A stretch of 35,677 nucleotides of DNA from a virus (Duplodnaviria > Caudoviricetes). Position numbers and translations under genes: made by a program. The stretch is from IMG/VR virus record IMGVR_UViG_3300009684_000085, positions 1 through 35,677 of that record, one strand, 5' to 3'. The notes under the pieces were generated by a model, which ran no database searches, was not told the origin of the DNA, and saw only the letters and a list, made by a program, of their open reading frames with translations. This document shows, one piece after another, positions 8,579-17,722 of this stretch (the first letter of the stretch is position 1; each line of letters opens with the position of its first letter).

Positions 8579-8823
8579 TAAAACAATCCGGCGTCAACAT
8601 TTTTTAAATCTAATGGTAAGGTACCAGCATTTACAACAGCAAAACTATTGGTATTGGCAACATAAGTGATAACATCACCATTATGAACACCGGCTAATTC
8701 TAAATCTGTTGCACTTTTGAGTGTTCTTGTTCCACCATAATTAATCTCAGTAGCGGTAGGTACTGTTCCTGTACCAACCCTTACTTTAATAACTGCTGGT
8801 TGTGTTACTCTGACATTAGGCAT
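8578..8823 (-). CDS. Small virion/adaptor protein, 81 aa
   Basis: Tightly packed ORF with a fibre-type motif LxxxxDL...NGDVITYxxxTxxF; ends VDAGLF. Confidence 0.7.
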   Translation of the reverse strand: MPNVRVTQPAVIKVRVGTGTVPTATEINYGGTRTLKSATDLELAGVHNGDVITYVANTNSFAVVNAGTLPLDLKNVDAGLF

Positions 8824-8826
8824 TGT

Positions 8827-9165
8827 TTACCTCGTTACACGGGGTGAAACGTCTATAATTCCTTCTAAAATTCTTGTTTTCACATTGGTGCTGGCATCAG
8901 AAATGACGGCATCGTATACATAACGACCAGGAGCTATATTGGCTGTGGTATTTGCAGCTAATTCTAAGGTAACAGTACCTTGCCCAACATTAATTGAACT
9001 AGAAAAAGTTGCAGTAGCGTTTGCGGAATAATAAGATTTACGCATCTGACTGGATGCTGTGTATCCGGCAAGATTGTATGTTTCACCATACACATCATCT
9101 AAAGTGATGGTTGTGGTAAATGTAGTACCTTGTTCTAAGTATAGATTACTGTATGCTGCCGGCAT
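8827..9165 (-). CDS. Small phage structural/adaptor protein (beta-sandwich type), 112 aa
   Basis: NLYLEQGTTF...YNLAGYTASSQMRKSY...GRYVYD...TRILEG motif pattern, familiar from T4-like phage fibre loci; SD AGGA and late promoter upstream. Confidence 0.75.
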   Translation of the reverse strand: MPAAYSNLYLEQGTTFTTTITLDDVYGETYNLAGYTASSQMRKSYYSANATATFSSSINVGQGTVTLELAANTTANIAPGRYVYDAVISDASTNVKTRILEGIIDVSPRVTR

Positions 9166-9191
9166 TTATGTTCCTATTATATCCTATTGTA

Positions 9192-9199
9192 TATTTATT
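9192..9199 (-). promoter_or_regulatory. T4-type late promoter box AATAAATA
   Basis: 7/8 consensus match, ~26 nt upstream of the ATG at 9165. Confidence 0.65.
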
Positions 9200-9211
9200 T
9201 AATTTCCATCT

Positions 9212-9297
9212 AAGCTCAGGAGTAAATGCGCTTCTTAAACTCTTGGAACTCGTTTCCGGAATTTCTAGGCCGGAACGTAAAAAATCGAAATTTTTAC
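9212..9297 (-). other. Intergenic inverted-repeat cluster (three possible stem-loops), function unknown
   Basis: Minus strand: GTAAAAAT-TTCG-ATTTTTTAC; CGTTCCGG-N10-CCGGAAACG; GAGTTC-CAA-GAGT-N15-ACTC-CT-GAGCTT. Confidence 0.45.
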
Positions 9298-10475
9298 TTT
9301 TTAAGTTTTTCGACTTCAGAACTTAATTCCTTGATTGCTTCAACTAATAACGGAATCAAGCGCTCATAATGAATGGTCAAATATTTTTCATCAATAGGTG
9401 CCGGTACAACAACTTCTGGTAGCACTTTTTGAACTTCTTGAGCAGAAAGACCAACTTCAGTTCTATCTGTATAACCTAGTGACTGAGCTAAATCATTGGC
9501 TTTATAATAGAAACCATTTAATGACTTTAACTTTTCTAAAGCACCAGTAATGTTCTCTAAACGATTTTTCAATCTATCGTCAGAGTAATATGAAGTGATG
9601 TTGTTAGTAGCACGGATCTCACCAGCGGTACCAGAAGCAGCAGTACCTATACCAATTGATCCGAACTGAACACTCGATGCCGTAGCAATAGCTTGTGGTA
9701 AAGAAAGTGTTGGTGTGGTTGTACCAGTTACAACAACTTGATTGGCTGTTCCTGTAATAGAAACCACCGCTGATGTATTACTAGAAGCAGCAGTAATTCT
9801 ACCTTGTTGGTCAACAGTAATATTAGCTGCTGTATAGCTTCCTGGAGTAACTGCTGTGTTTGCAATTTGTGAAGCAGTCATTACACCAGTAATTTTGGTG
9901 TTAGCTAAAGAAGTAATAAATGATGGATTTGCATATGAACTGGTAATGTATACACCATTGTTTACAGTATTTGCATTACCTGTGATATTTGTGTTTAGAT
10001 AACCTGTGCCGGCACCGGTGATTGATAAGGATTGTGCCGATACAAAACCAGCAACCGTTACATTACCAGCAACTGAGCCATTCAATACTAAAGAAAGTGA
10101 GTTTGCTGTTATTTGGCCACCGGTGATTAAACTACCACCAATAGTTGCATTGTTTGATACTGCTAATGATGTACCTGTTCCGTAAATACCAACGTTGGAG
10201 AACGAACCATTTGCAATTGCACCTAAACCACCAACAGTAAGTTGATTTTGAATATAAGCAGAAGAACCAACACCTTGAACTTGTAAACCGCCGGCAATAA
10301 CGGCGTTGTTAGCAACCTGTAAACCTAAAATGGGAGCATTTAGATATAATGTTCCTGATGGTTTGATATAGTTGTTAGCAGCGAAATCGTTATTTTCTCT
10401 AACCAAAGAGTTGGTTGTTACAACCCAATCACCAAAGGTGTTAGCATAACTTAAAATTGATACGGTATTAGCCAA
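9294..10475 (-). CDS. Tail fibre protein with C-terminal intramolecular chaperone (Peptidase S74) domain, 393 aa
   Basis: SDDRLKN cleavage-site motif, GLSAQEVQKVLPEVV, YERLIPLLVEAIKEL; TTG start behind SD TAAGGGGT. Confidence 0.9.
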   Translation of the reverse strand: MANTVSILSYANTFGDWVVTTNSLVRENNDFAANNYIKPSGTLYLNAPILGLQVANNAVIAGGLQVQGVGSSAYIQNQLTVGGLGAIANGSFSNVGIYGTGTSLAVSNNATIGGSLITGGQITANSLSLVLNGSVAGNVTVAGFVSAQSLSITGAGTGYLNTNITGNANTVNNGVYITSSYANPSFITSLANTKITGVMTASQIANTAVTPGSYTAANITVDQQGRITAASSNTSAVVSITGTANQVVVTGTTTPTLSLPQAIATASSVQFGSIGIGTAASGTAGEIRATNNITSYYSDDRLKNRLENITGALEKLKSLNGFYYKANDLAQSLGYTDRTEVGLSAQEVQKVLPEVVVPAPIDEKYLTIHYERLIPLLVEAIKELSSEVEKLKK

Positions 10476-10493
10476 GATATTTACCCCTTATTA

Positions 10494-11036
10494 TTAATCT
10501 GTGTAACATTTCCATCCCTTGTAGGTTTTTTGTTTACCTTGTGCTATTGCCGACATAGAACCTTGATTTAAATTGTATTTTCTGCAAAATTCTGATAAAT
10601 TACTTGTTTCAAAATTTCTACCCTCAGGATCAATTAATTGCCAAGTTTTCATTGTAATCAATGAATGCTTAGGTATTTTTCCTTTTTTAGCCAAAGACAT
10701 ATTCTTTCTATGTTCCTTGGTTTTATTATAACTTGTTACATTATGTATCATTTTTCCATTTATACCAAAACAACCTTTATTAATTAACATTGGATTGTTC
10801 CAATTTTCTTTAATTAAATTTTGTTCAAAAATAAAAGCATCTTCTTTAGTATAAAAATCTGCAAGAACCATATAATTAAATTCTTCAAATACTGGTTTTA
10901 TATTTTTAGAACTTGAAAAATATGTACCGCCTAAATCTAATTCTGAATATACCGAATTGGCCCAGCGAGAACCAAAATAAAATTTTCCAGTGATTTTATG
11001 TGTTAATTTATAAACATATGGAAAATTATTAGCCAT
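10494..11036 (-). mobile_element. Free-standing GIY-YIG homing endonuclease gene (Seg-like), 180 aa
   Basis: YVY-x9-FYFG motif, FEQ and LIN positions matching the conserved Glu/Asn, NUMOD3-like KTKEHRKNMSLAKKG, C-terminal HTH-like NLSEFCRKYNLN...YKGWKC; visibly more AT-rich than its neighbours. Confidence 0.85.
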
Positions 11037-11038
11037 TT

Positions 11039-11260
11039 TTAATTTTTACCTATGAGTTGCAACATCAACAGTTTGATTTCTTTGATATCATTTTTAACAT
11101 CAGCAATATCTGTTTTCATTCTATTTATTTCTTGTCGTTGAGATGCTAAAAAGTTACGTTTGTTTTGATATTCTTGTAATCCATTAATATCTCTGTTAAT
11201 AAGAGCCATTGAATTTGTATCACGAACCATTGTAGTACCAGGAATAGGAATTAAACTCAT
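11039..11260 (-). CDS. Small coiled-coil protein following the DUF4815 gene, 73 aa
   Basis: MVRDTNSMALINRD motif plus C-terminal heptads (IADVKNDIKEIKLLML); tight spacing. Confidence 0.75.
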   Translation of the reverse strand: MSLIPIPGTTMVRDTNSMALINRDINGLQEYQNKRNFLASQRQEINRMKTDIADVKNDIKEIKLLMLQLIGKN

Positions 11261-11263
11261 TTT

Positions 11264-14200
11264 TTACACCGTTGTATTTACGTTAGAAGGAAGAGCAAGA
11301 GCACGCATATCAGCCACAAACGGAACAGCAGTTTTATCTGTTGTTGTTAATACAATCTTAATAGCAAATTGGCTGAAAGAAGTATATTTCTGACCATTCG
11401 TGCTTGTGTATGTTACATAACCATTGGCAGTATTATTGATACCTGGAGCATATGTGTATTCATACAAATCACTTCTGGTTTGTGAGAAAGTCGATTGACT
11501 ACTATTAGTCATTGTCATTAACTGCCAAACACTATCATTGAATTGTTGTGTATCATTTCTACTTAAAATCTTGTAGTATACCATAATGTTTGTATTGACT
11601 GGTCTATAAGCAGTCAAGTATACAACTAAGTCACCAGAATCTAAAGAAGCATCTAATACGACTTTCTTAGTTACATATTTTGTTTTGGCGGGACCACCAG
11701 CCTTAGATGTTTCACCAGAAATAATAACTGTTGCACCAGTACCTGGAGCAGAATTAGCATCAGTAATAGTAATTGTAGGTGTTGTAATGTAACCAGAACC
11801 ACCGTTTGTAAAGTATACAGATTGAATTACACCATTAGCAATATTGGCAGCAGCCTGTGCAACAGAACCAGAATCACCTGTTGGTGCTGATACTGTTACT
11901 GTGGTTGTATTAACATTGTAACCAGAACCGCCGCTTGTTAAGGTGATTAAATTGTTAGACAATGAACAGTTATCAATATTCCATGTAATTGCGTATGTGG
12001 ATAATCCAGCATCAGAAATAATAGGACTTACTGAATTATCATTCGATGTCAATGTTGTATATAATGAAAATGATTGTGTTGTATTAGCTAATAATACACG
12101 TTCACCTTTACCATCATTTAAATAAATGTCATCAGCAGTAGCGGTACCAAATTTACCTGGAGTAATGTTTACTGTGCCAGCAGGTAATCCACTAGATGAC
12201 AATGTAGCATTATATGAATAGTTAATGTTGGTAGTAGTTGGTGTAAAATCAGTAGTTGTAATATTAAAAGCATCTACTAATACGTCAGCATTTGAAACAG
12301 AATCAATTACAGAGGATACGTTGTTAGCATTTAAGAAATAATCAAGAGATTGATCAATCAATGCTCTTTGTGGTAACTTCTTAGGAACAATATATTGAAT
12401 TGATGGAGTTACAGATGTGTTGAATACACAACGATCCATTACAAACATTAATGATTGATTTTGGTCAGCCGTCCATGTTTGAGCATTTTGTGATAAGAAT
12501 AATGCACCAACATAAGGAGCACCACCAATCTTTGTTATAGTAGCTGGTGTTGGATCGGTTGGTAAATTCTTAACTGATGAAGATAAAGCTGTATCACCAT
12601 TAGCAGCAGTCCACAATGTGTATTCACTACTATTTGATTTTACAATGAAAGAATACAGCACACCAGGTTGAATATAGATTGGTGAATTGAATGTAAATTC
12701 AGTATATGTACTTGCAGTTAAGTAATGTGGTGTAGATGATAAATTAACATCACTAGGATTTAAAGTAACAATAGAATGGTCTAATGTTTCACCGTTTGGA
12801 TAACCATTTTGTGTACCAACAATAGACAATGTAACAGGCGAATTATCTGTGGTTGGTTTGGTTCTGAAGAATAATTTGACAGAATTCAAGAACAGACCAT
12901 TTGGATAATTGTCTTTAGATACAATAAATGTTTGTGCTACTGGATCCCAAGGACTGTATGTTGTTACAATAGAATTTGTATTGGCATACTGAGTTGCTGT
13001 AAATGTGCCTTTTGCACCAGAAGGTGAAGCACCAAAGTCAACAGTCTGTTGTGTTGTCTGTAAACCTTGAGCATAGTAAGTACCTTGAGCATATGATGTA
13101 GCAGAATCTAAGTTGCCGTTTACACCATTGTCTACACGCAATACTCTTTCGCCTGTGTGGAACTGATTTGCTGGAATATTAAAGATTCCATAAAAAGAAC
13201 CTGTTCTGTTGGTTGTGAATGTTCCGATGGAATATACATCACCATTAGCAGAAGTAATACTTGTTGCTAAATTGGCAGTCTTGGTTGTTCCGTTGTAAGC
13301 ACTAATTACAGCAGATTGTCCAGCACCTGTTCCAGCATTAATATAGATTGTATTACCTATGTAATAATTATCAGTAGAAGATGCTAGAGGTGACAATTGA
13401 ACACGAGCAGTAGAGATGGCATTGTTTACACGGCCACCAAAATGTTCAGAACTTACAATTGTTCCGCTTGCCGTTGTTGATTGATATACACCACCAGCAT
13501 TAAAGAAAGCGTTTTGAATCGTTCCTGATGTGCTACCAGAAGAACTATATTTGGTAGATTGGCCATCGGCAGCAAGATACAATCTTGTATTTGATGTATT
13601 TGGATAGTTATAGATTCCAACTACTCTTGATGTTCCATAGAAAGAACCGGAAGAATAATAACCAATAACTTGGTCTTCAGCAAATGTACCTGACACACCT
13701 GTTAATTCAACCACGTTTGTTTTACGAACATAGTTAGAAACATCAGTATTATCAAAACGGACACCAACTGGAGTATTAAACAACATATTATTAACACGAA
13801 CAACAACTTGTTGTGGTCTGATATAAGGAAGAATACTAATATCAGTAATGTAGTTATTGTTTAAAGCGTATGTATTACCTAACTTGTCGTAAGGACCAAG
13901 AATATCTGTTTTAGCTTGTTGTCTTACATCATAAGTGGTTGTTGCGGTATAACCTACATCTAAACCAAATGGACCATGGAAAGCACCGTGATTTTCTCTG
14001 TTGTAACTTGTTGTATATGATGTACCTGAAATTGTTTTCCAATCTCCAGCAGACAATACATTAATTGCTTGTGTATTGGCACGGAAAATTTGTAGATTCG
14101 GATCGGTAATCAACAATGCTGGTGCATAGTTTGTATCAACCCAGTTATCTACGTTTGGAGATAATGTTAAAGTACCTTCTCTTGTTGCATATGAGAATGG

Positions 14201-17200
14201 GTTAGCATTAACAGTTCTTGATGCAATTCTTTGTGTAATTGCATTTGCAGTTGTATATGGCAAACTAAAATAATTTACATAACCATCAGATTTAATAGAA
14301 TAACCTAAAGCTGCGGATGTTGCAGAAGAAGGCATACCCAAGTTATAAGCTGTTGCCAATGCTTTTAATGGATAGTTCTTAACATTTTGTGTTGCTGTTA
14401 ATCTTCTCTCACGGCGATTAATCGTTGCTGAATAATCATCGCTATATGTATCTGCTGTTGCATAAGAACTAAAATCGTCAACCAAAATACCATTTTTAAA
14501 TCTATTCAAACCAAAGGCATCAGAAATTTGAAGATTCTGTGCTTTTTGTTCTAACATACTTAATGATGTATAATATTCAACTTGATTAATACGACTTTCA
14601 AGACCAGCAATATCTTGCATGGTATAGCGTTTATGTTTAACTTTTTCAATATTCAAATCTGAAACATAACCATTAGGTGCTTCTGTTGGAATGTAACCAG
14701 TATATGGATTGTGAGTTAATTTAGCTACAACTAATGAACCATCAGGTTCAGCAGGGAATAATGGGTTGATAGAAGGAGTACCTTCAACAATTTGAAAACT
14801 TCTATCTTTACTTAAAATTAGTTTATCTTTTCTTCCCAAATAATATGTGTAATCACCAGTAAATGTTGATAAATCTACAGGCAAGAAAATACCTTTATTA
14901 GAAGCCGAATTTGAATAACGTAATTCCCATGATGTTGTTGCATTTAATCTAGCGGGTCTAAAATCAATACAATCTCTCAATGAATAAATTGTTCCGTGGG
15001 TGCTAATAAACGGAGGAATTTGTTGATATGATTCGTTTGTGTAAGAGTTAACACTAAAATAACCATCACCACCAGAATGTTGATAGTAATCCACCATCAC
15101 AAGAATGTTACCAATTGGTTGTGAATAACCGGGTTTTAAAGTGATAGAAGCGTGGTCATAATAAGAATCTCTTTGACCATTATCAAAACTATAACGATTG
15201 GTAATATCATAAGTGGAACTTGATAACATAGCCAATGAAGGTACTGTATTGGCATTACCAGTATCAATAACCTTAACAATACGTTTAACGTCAGAAAGAT
15301 ATAAAGATTGTTTTTGTCCTGGTGTCACTAGTCCAGCATTACGAATATAAATTTGACCAGTTGAAGTTAATGTTGTGTTATCTACAAAAGTATATGATCC
15401 AACAGCAGTATTACTTGTATTGATTGAAGTTGTGTTTGCACGAATTAAAGTTTTGTTCTTTAGAATGTGACCAGTATTTTGGCCATTTGTAACATATACT
15501 TTCTCGTAGATTGTGGCAGTAAATGTACCTGTTGGTCCACCAACGTCAGTAGCACTTAATGTGGCAACAGATTTAGTTGCATCTAAAGTAATCGTTCTAC
15601 CTACTGTTGTCCAAGGTACCACATCACCAACGTTCAATGTGCAACCAGCACCTTTGGCAGTTACAACAATAATGAAGTTTTGTTTCTTGGTGTCGTTTGA
15701 TAATGTTGCACCACCAGTACCAAAATGTTGAACAACGTCTTGATAATCACCTTGATAATTAATAGTAGCAGAAACACCAGAACCAGAAGTAGTAAATGAA
15801 ACGCTTCTGTGAACTTGTTGTGTTGTATACGATGTATCCACCAATGTTGAAACATATGGATTACCAATCGTAAACACTAATTCTGGCACAGTTGGATTTT
15901 GTAACTGTGTATCACCTGTCATCAAACCACCAACACGACCTTGTGTATTGATAGTTGAAACACCATAAATGGTTGCTGGGTAAGAAGATTTTGATACATT
16001 GATGATAGATTCAATATCTTTAGTATCAAAATTCAAAGAGAATGTTGATGTAGCGTCAGGTGTTACTGTCCAGTTTTGGTTAACGGTAGCAGTTCTTGTT
16101 GAACCATTGTAAGATGTAATTGTTCTAAAGTCACCAGCATCTGTACCACCAGTAATAGAGATATCTACACCGGTATAAGCATTAGCTACTGTTGTAAATG
16201 AACTTGGGAAAGTAATTGTATTAACTGTTCCTGATACGGCAGTATTACTTACAACTTGATTTTGTAAATTGGTAACATACATCTTATAGTTGTATGTGTT
16301 GGCCGCAGTATCACTTGTAGAACTGTCATAAACGATGGCTCTTACGTTGGCGGTTGCAACCAAGGTAGAATTGTAATATGCTGAATTGGCAACAACTACG
16401 TTACTAGAAGATACACAATGTAGGTCAATTGTACCATAAGTTGTTGTATCGAAGAAAGAACCGTTTGATGTACCATTTAAATTATTAACATAGAAATAAG
16501 AACCAAAGTCAATATAAACTGGATTATTATTCTGTGAAGCAGTTGTTCTTGCACGATTTGATGTTAACTCAGTATCAGATTGATTCTCTAAACGATACCC
16601 GTGAACGTATGCAACTCCTTTACCAACACTCATAATATATGTGTTGTTTGCTGGATCAGCAGTATTTGCTTTTGGTGTTAATTTAAAGTCATTAACAACA
16701 TAGTCACCATTAGTTTCATAATCACGTTTAGCAAAATAATCATCAATAACATTGTAAACAGAACCTTCTACAATCTTAACAATTTGGCCTTCATTAATAC
16801 GAAGTAATTCAATAAATCCTTCATCATCACCTAATGTTAATGGTCGTGTTTCAAGCTTTAAAGAAATTTTGTAACGGTCTGCGCCTGGTGCTTGATAGTT
16901 TGAAGCACCAATTGCTGGATCTAATAAGGAAGAATCACCAATAAAAGTCTGAATTGATTCTGTAATGTTTAGACCAATACGGCTTGACGGTGTATTGCTA
17001 TACTTAGAAACCACAACAGTTTGTGGATCAACTTGAACAAATGTTCCGTTAGAAATTTCGATACCGTCAGAACGAGTGTAGTTACTAGAAATGTAAAATA
17101 CACCTTGTGCAATAGAAACAATTGAACTATTACCAGTTGCACTATTGGTGGCCACAGCGGCCGCCAAATTTGAACCAGAATCGTAAATTACATCACTTTC

Positions 17201-17608
17201 AACAAAATGTGTTCCGGTTTTATAAGAAAGAATTAATGTCGGAGGATCATCTGATGCAGCAGTTCCTGTGGCCGCAACAGTTGCTAATACTTGAGCAACA
17301 ACTGTACCGGAAGCATTTTGAATAATTTTATTGTTGAATTGAGTTACATCTACAGCTACGCTGTTGTAGGTTTGTTGCAACTTAACATAAGAACAGTTTA
17401 AGTTACTTGTAATTTGTCCACCAGTTACAGGTGAGTTTTGTTTAAAAATGTTGTCAGCAAATTTGGTGACTTGGTCTTGAAGAATACTTTGGGCTTGTGT
17501 TAATTCTCTGGCTTGAACTGCATAACCAGGCTTAAACAAAATACGATGGTAATTTTTCGATGGGTCAAAATCATCATAATATGGATCAACGTTAAAATTC
17601 AGCGACAT
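11264..17608 (-). CDS. Large DUF4815 (VrlC-like) virion structural/baseplate protein, 2114 aa
   Basis: FNVDPYYDDFD...RILFKPGYAVQARELTQAQSILQDQ N-terminus; APGADRYKI; KRYTMQDIAGLESRINQVEYYTSLSMLE; RFKNGILVDDF; DPVAQTF; FSQFAIKIVL...DMRALAL C-terminus. Confidence 0.9.
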   Translation of the reverse strand: MSLNFNVDPYYDDFDPSKNYHRILFKPGYAVQARELTQAQSILQDQVTKFADNIFKQNSPVTGGQITSNLNCSYVKLQQTYNSVAVDVTQFNNKIIQNASGTVVAQVLATVAATGTAASDDPPTLILSYKTGTHFVESDVIYDSGSNLAAAVATNSATGNSSIVSIAQGVFYISSNYTRSDGIEISNGTFVQVDPQTVVVSKYSNTPSSRIGLNITESIQTFIGDSSLLDPAIGASNYQAPGADRYKISLKLETRPLTLGDDEGFIELLRINEGQIVKIVEGSVYNVIDDYFAKRDYETNGDYVVNDFKLTPKANTADPANNTYIMSVGKGVAYVHGYRLENQSDTELTSNRARTTASQNNNPVYIDFGSYFYVNNLNGTSNGSFFDTTTYGTIDLHCVSSSNVVVANSAYYNSTLVATANVRAIVYDSSTSDTAANTYNYKMYVTNLQNQVVSNTAVSGTVNTITFPSSFTTVANAYTGVDISITGGTDAGDFRTITSYNGSTRTATVNQNWTVTPDATSTFSLNFDTKDIESIINVSKSSYPATIYGVSTINTQGRVGGLMTGDTQLQNPTVPELVFTIGNPYVSTLVDTSYTTQQVHRSVSFTTSGSGVSATINYQGDYQDVVQHFGTGGATLSNDTKKQNFIIVVTAKGAGCTLNVGDVVPWTTVGRTITLDATKSVATLSATDVGGPTGTFTATIYEKVYVTNGQNTGHILKNKTLIRANTTSINTSNTAVGSYTFVDNTTLTSTGQIYIRNAGLVTPGQKQSLYLSDVKRIVKVIDTGNANTVPSLAMLSSSTYDITNRYSFDNGQRDSYYDHASITLKPGYSQPIGNILVMVDYYQHSGGDGYFSVNSYTNESYQQIPPFISTHGTIYSLRDCIDFRPARLNATTSWELRYSNSASNKGIFLPVDLSTFTGDYTYYLGRKDKLILSKDRSFQIVEGTPSINPLFPAEPDGSLVVAKLTHNPYTGYIPTEAPNGYVSDLNIEKVKHKRYTMQDIAGLESRINQVEYYTSLSMLEQKAQNLQISDAFGLNRFKNGILVDDFSSYATADTYSDDYSATINRRERRLTATQNVKNYPLKALATAYNLGMPSSATSAALGYSIKSDGYVNYFSLPYTTANAITQRIASRTVNANPFSYATREGTLTLSPNVDNWVDTNYAPALLITDPNLQIFRANTQAINVLSAGDWKTISGTSYTTSYNRENHGAFHGPFGLDVGYTATTTYDVRQQAKTDILGPYDKLGNTYALNNNYITDISILPYIRPQQVVVRVNNMLFNTPVGVRFDNTDVSNYVRKTNVVELTGVSGTFAEDQVIGYYSSGSFYGTSRVVGIYNYPNTSNTRLYLAADGQSTKYSSSGSTSGTIQNAFFNAGGVYQSTTASGTIVSSEHFGGRVNNAISTARVQLSPLASSTDNYYIGNTIYINAGTGAGQSAVISAYNGTTKTANLATSITSANGDVYSIGTFTTNRTGSFYGIFNIPANQFHTGERVLRVDNGVNGNLDSATSYAQGTYYAQGLQTTQQTVDFGASPSGAKGTFTATQYANTNSIVTTYSPWDPVAQTFIVSKDNYPNGLFLNSVKLFFRTKPTTDNSPVTLSIVGTQNGYPNGETLDHSIVTLNPSDVNLSSTPHYLTASTYTEFTFNSPIYIQPGVLYSFIVKSNSSEYTLWTAANGDTALSSSVKNLPTDPTPATITKIGGAPYVGALFLSQNAQTWTADQNQSLMFVMDRCVFNTSVTPSIQYIVPKKLPQRALIDQSLDYFLNANNVSSVIDSVSNADVLVDAFNITTTDFTPTTTNINYSYNATLSSSGLPAGTVNITPGKFGTATADDIYLNDGKGERVLLANTTQSFSLYTTLTSNDNSVSPIISDAGLSTYAITWNIDNCSLSNNLITLTSGGSGYNVNTTTVTVSAPTGDSGSVAQAAANIANGVIQSVYFTNGGSGYITTPTITITDANSAPGTGATVIISGETSKAGGPAKTKYVTKKVVLDASLDSGDLVVYLTAYRPVNTNIMVYYKILSRNDTQQFNDSVWQLMTMTNSSQSTFSQTRSDLYEYTYAPGINNTANGYVTYTSTNGQKYTSFSQFAIKIVLTTTDKTAVPFVADMRALALPSNVNTTV

Positions 17609-17610
17609 TT

Positions 17611-17709
17611 TTATTTTACCTTAGTTAGCATTTGTTTTCCGTCTACGCTTCTATATTTCCAAGAATAAACAGTTTTGTAATTTAGCATATTTATCTGACA
17701 ATAATTCAT
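17611..17709 (-). pseudogene. Possible remnant of a homing endonuclease C-terminal HTH (32 codons)
   Basis: MNYCQINMLNYKTVYSWKYR resembles the [FY]C-x4-LN pattern of the intact HEG at 10494..11036; occupies an unusually long spacer between gp8 and DUF4815. Confidence 0.3.
17688..17695 (-). promoter_or_regulatory. T4-type late promoter box GATAAATA
   Basis: 7/8 consensus match, ~80 nt upstream of the DUF4815 ATG. Confidence 0.5.
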
Positions 17710-17722
17710 CTTCAAGTGGTTT

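Noticed and set aside
9251-9277. Rho-independent terminator
   Set aside because: The GC stem lacks a 3' U-tract on either strand; kept only as an unexplained structured element
9294-10475. Many N-x-S/T sequons suggesting virion glycosylation
   Set aside because: A rough count is about what the high Asn/Ser/Thr content would give by chance; no glycosyltransferase in the window
10478-10485. GGTAAATA as a late promoter
   Set aside because: Overlaps the SD and lies 2 nt from the TTG start; better explained as the ribosome-binding region
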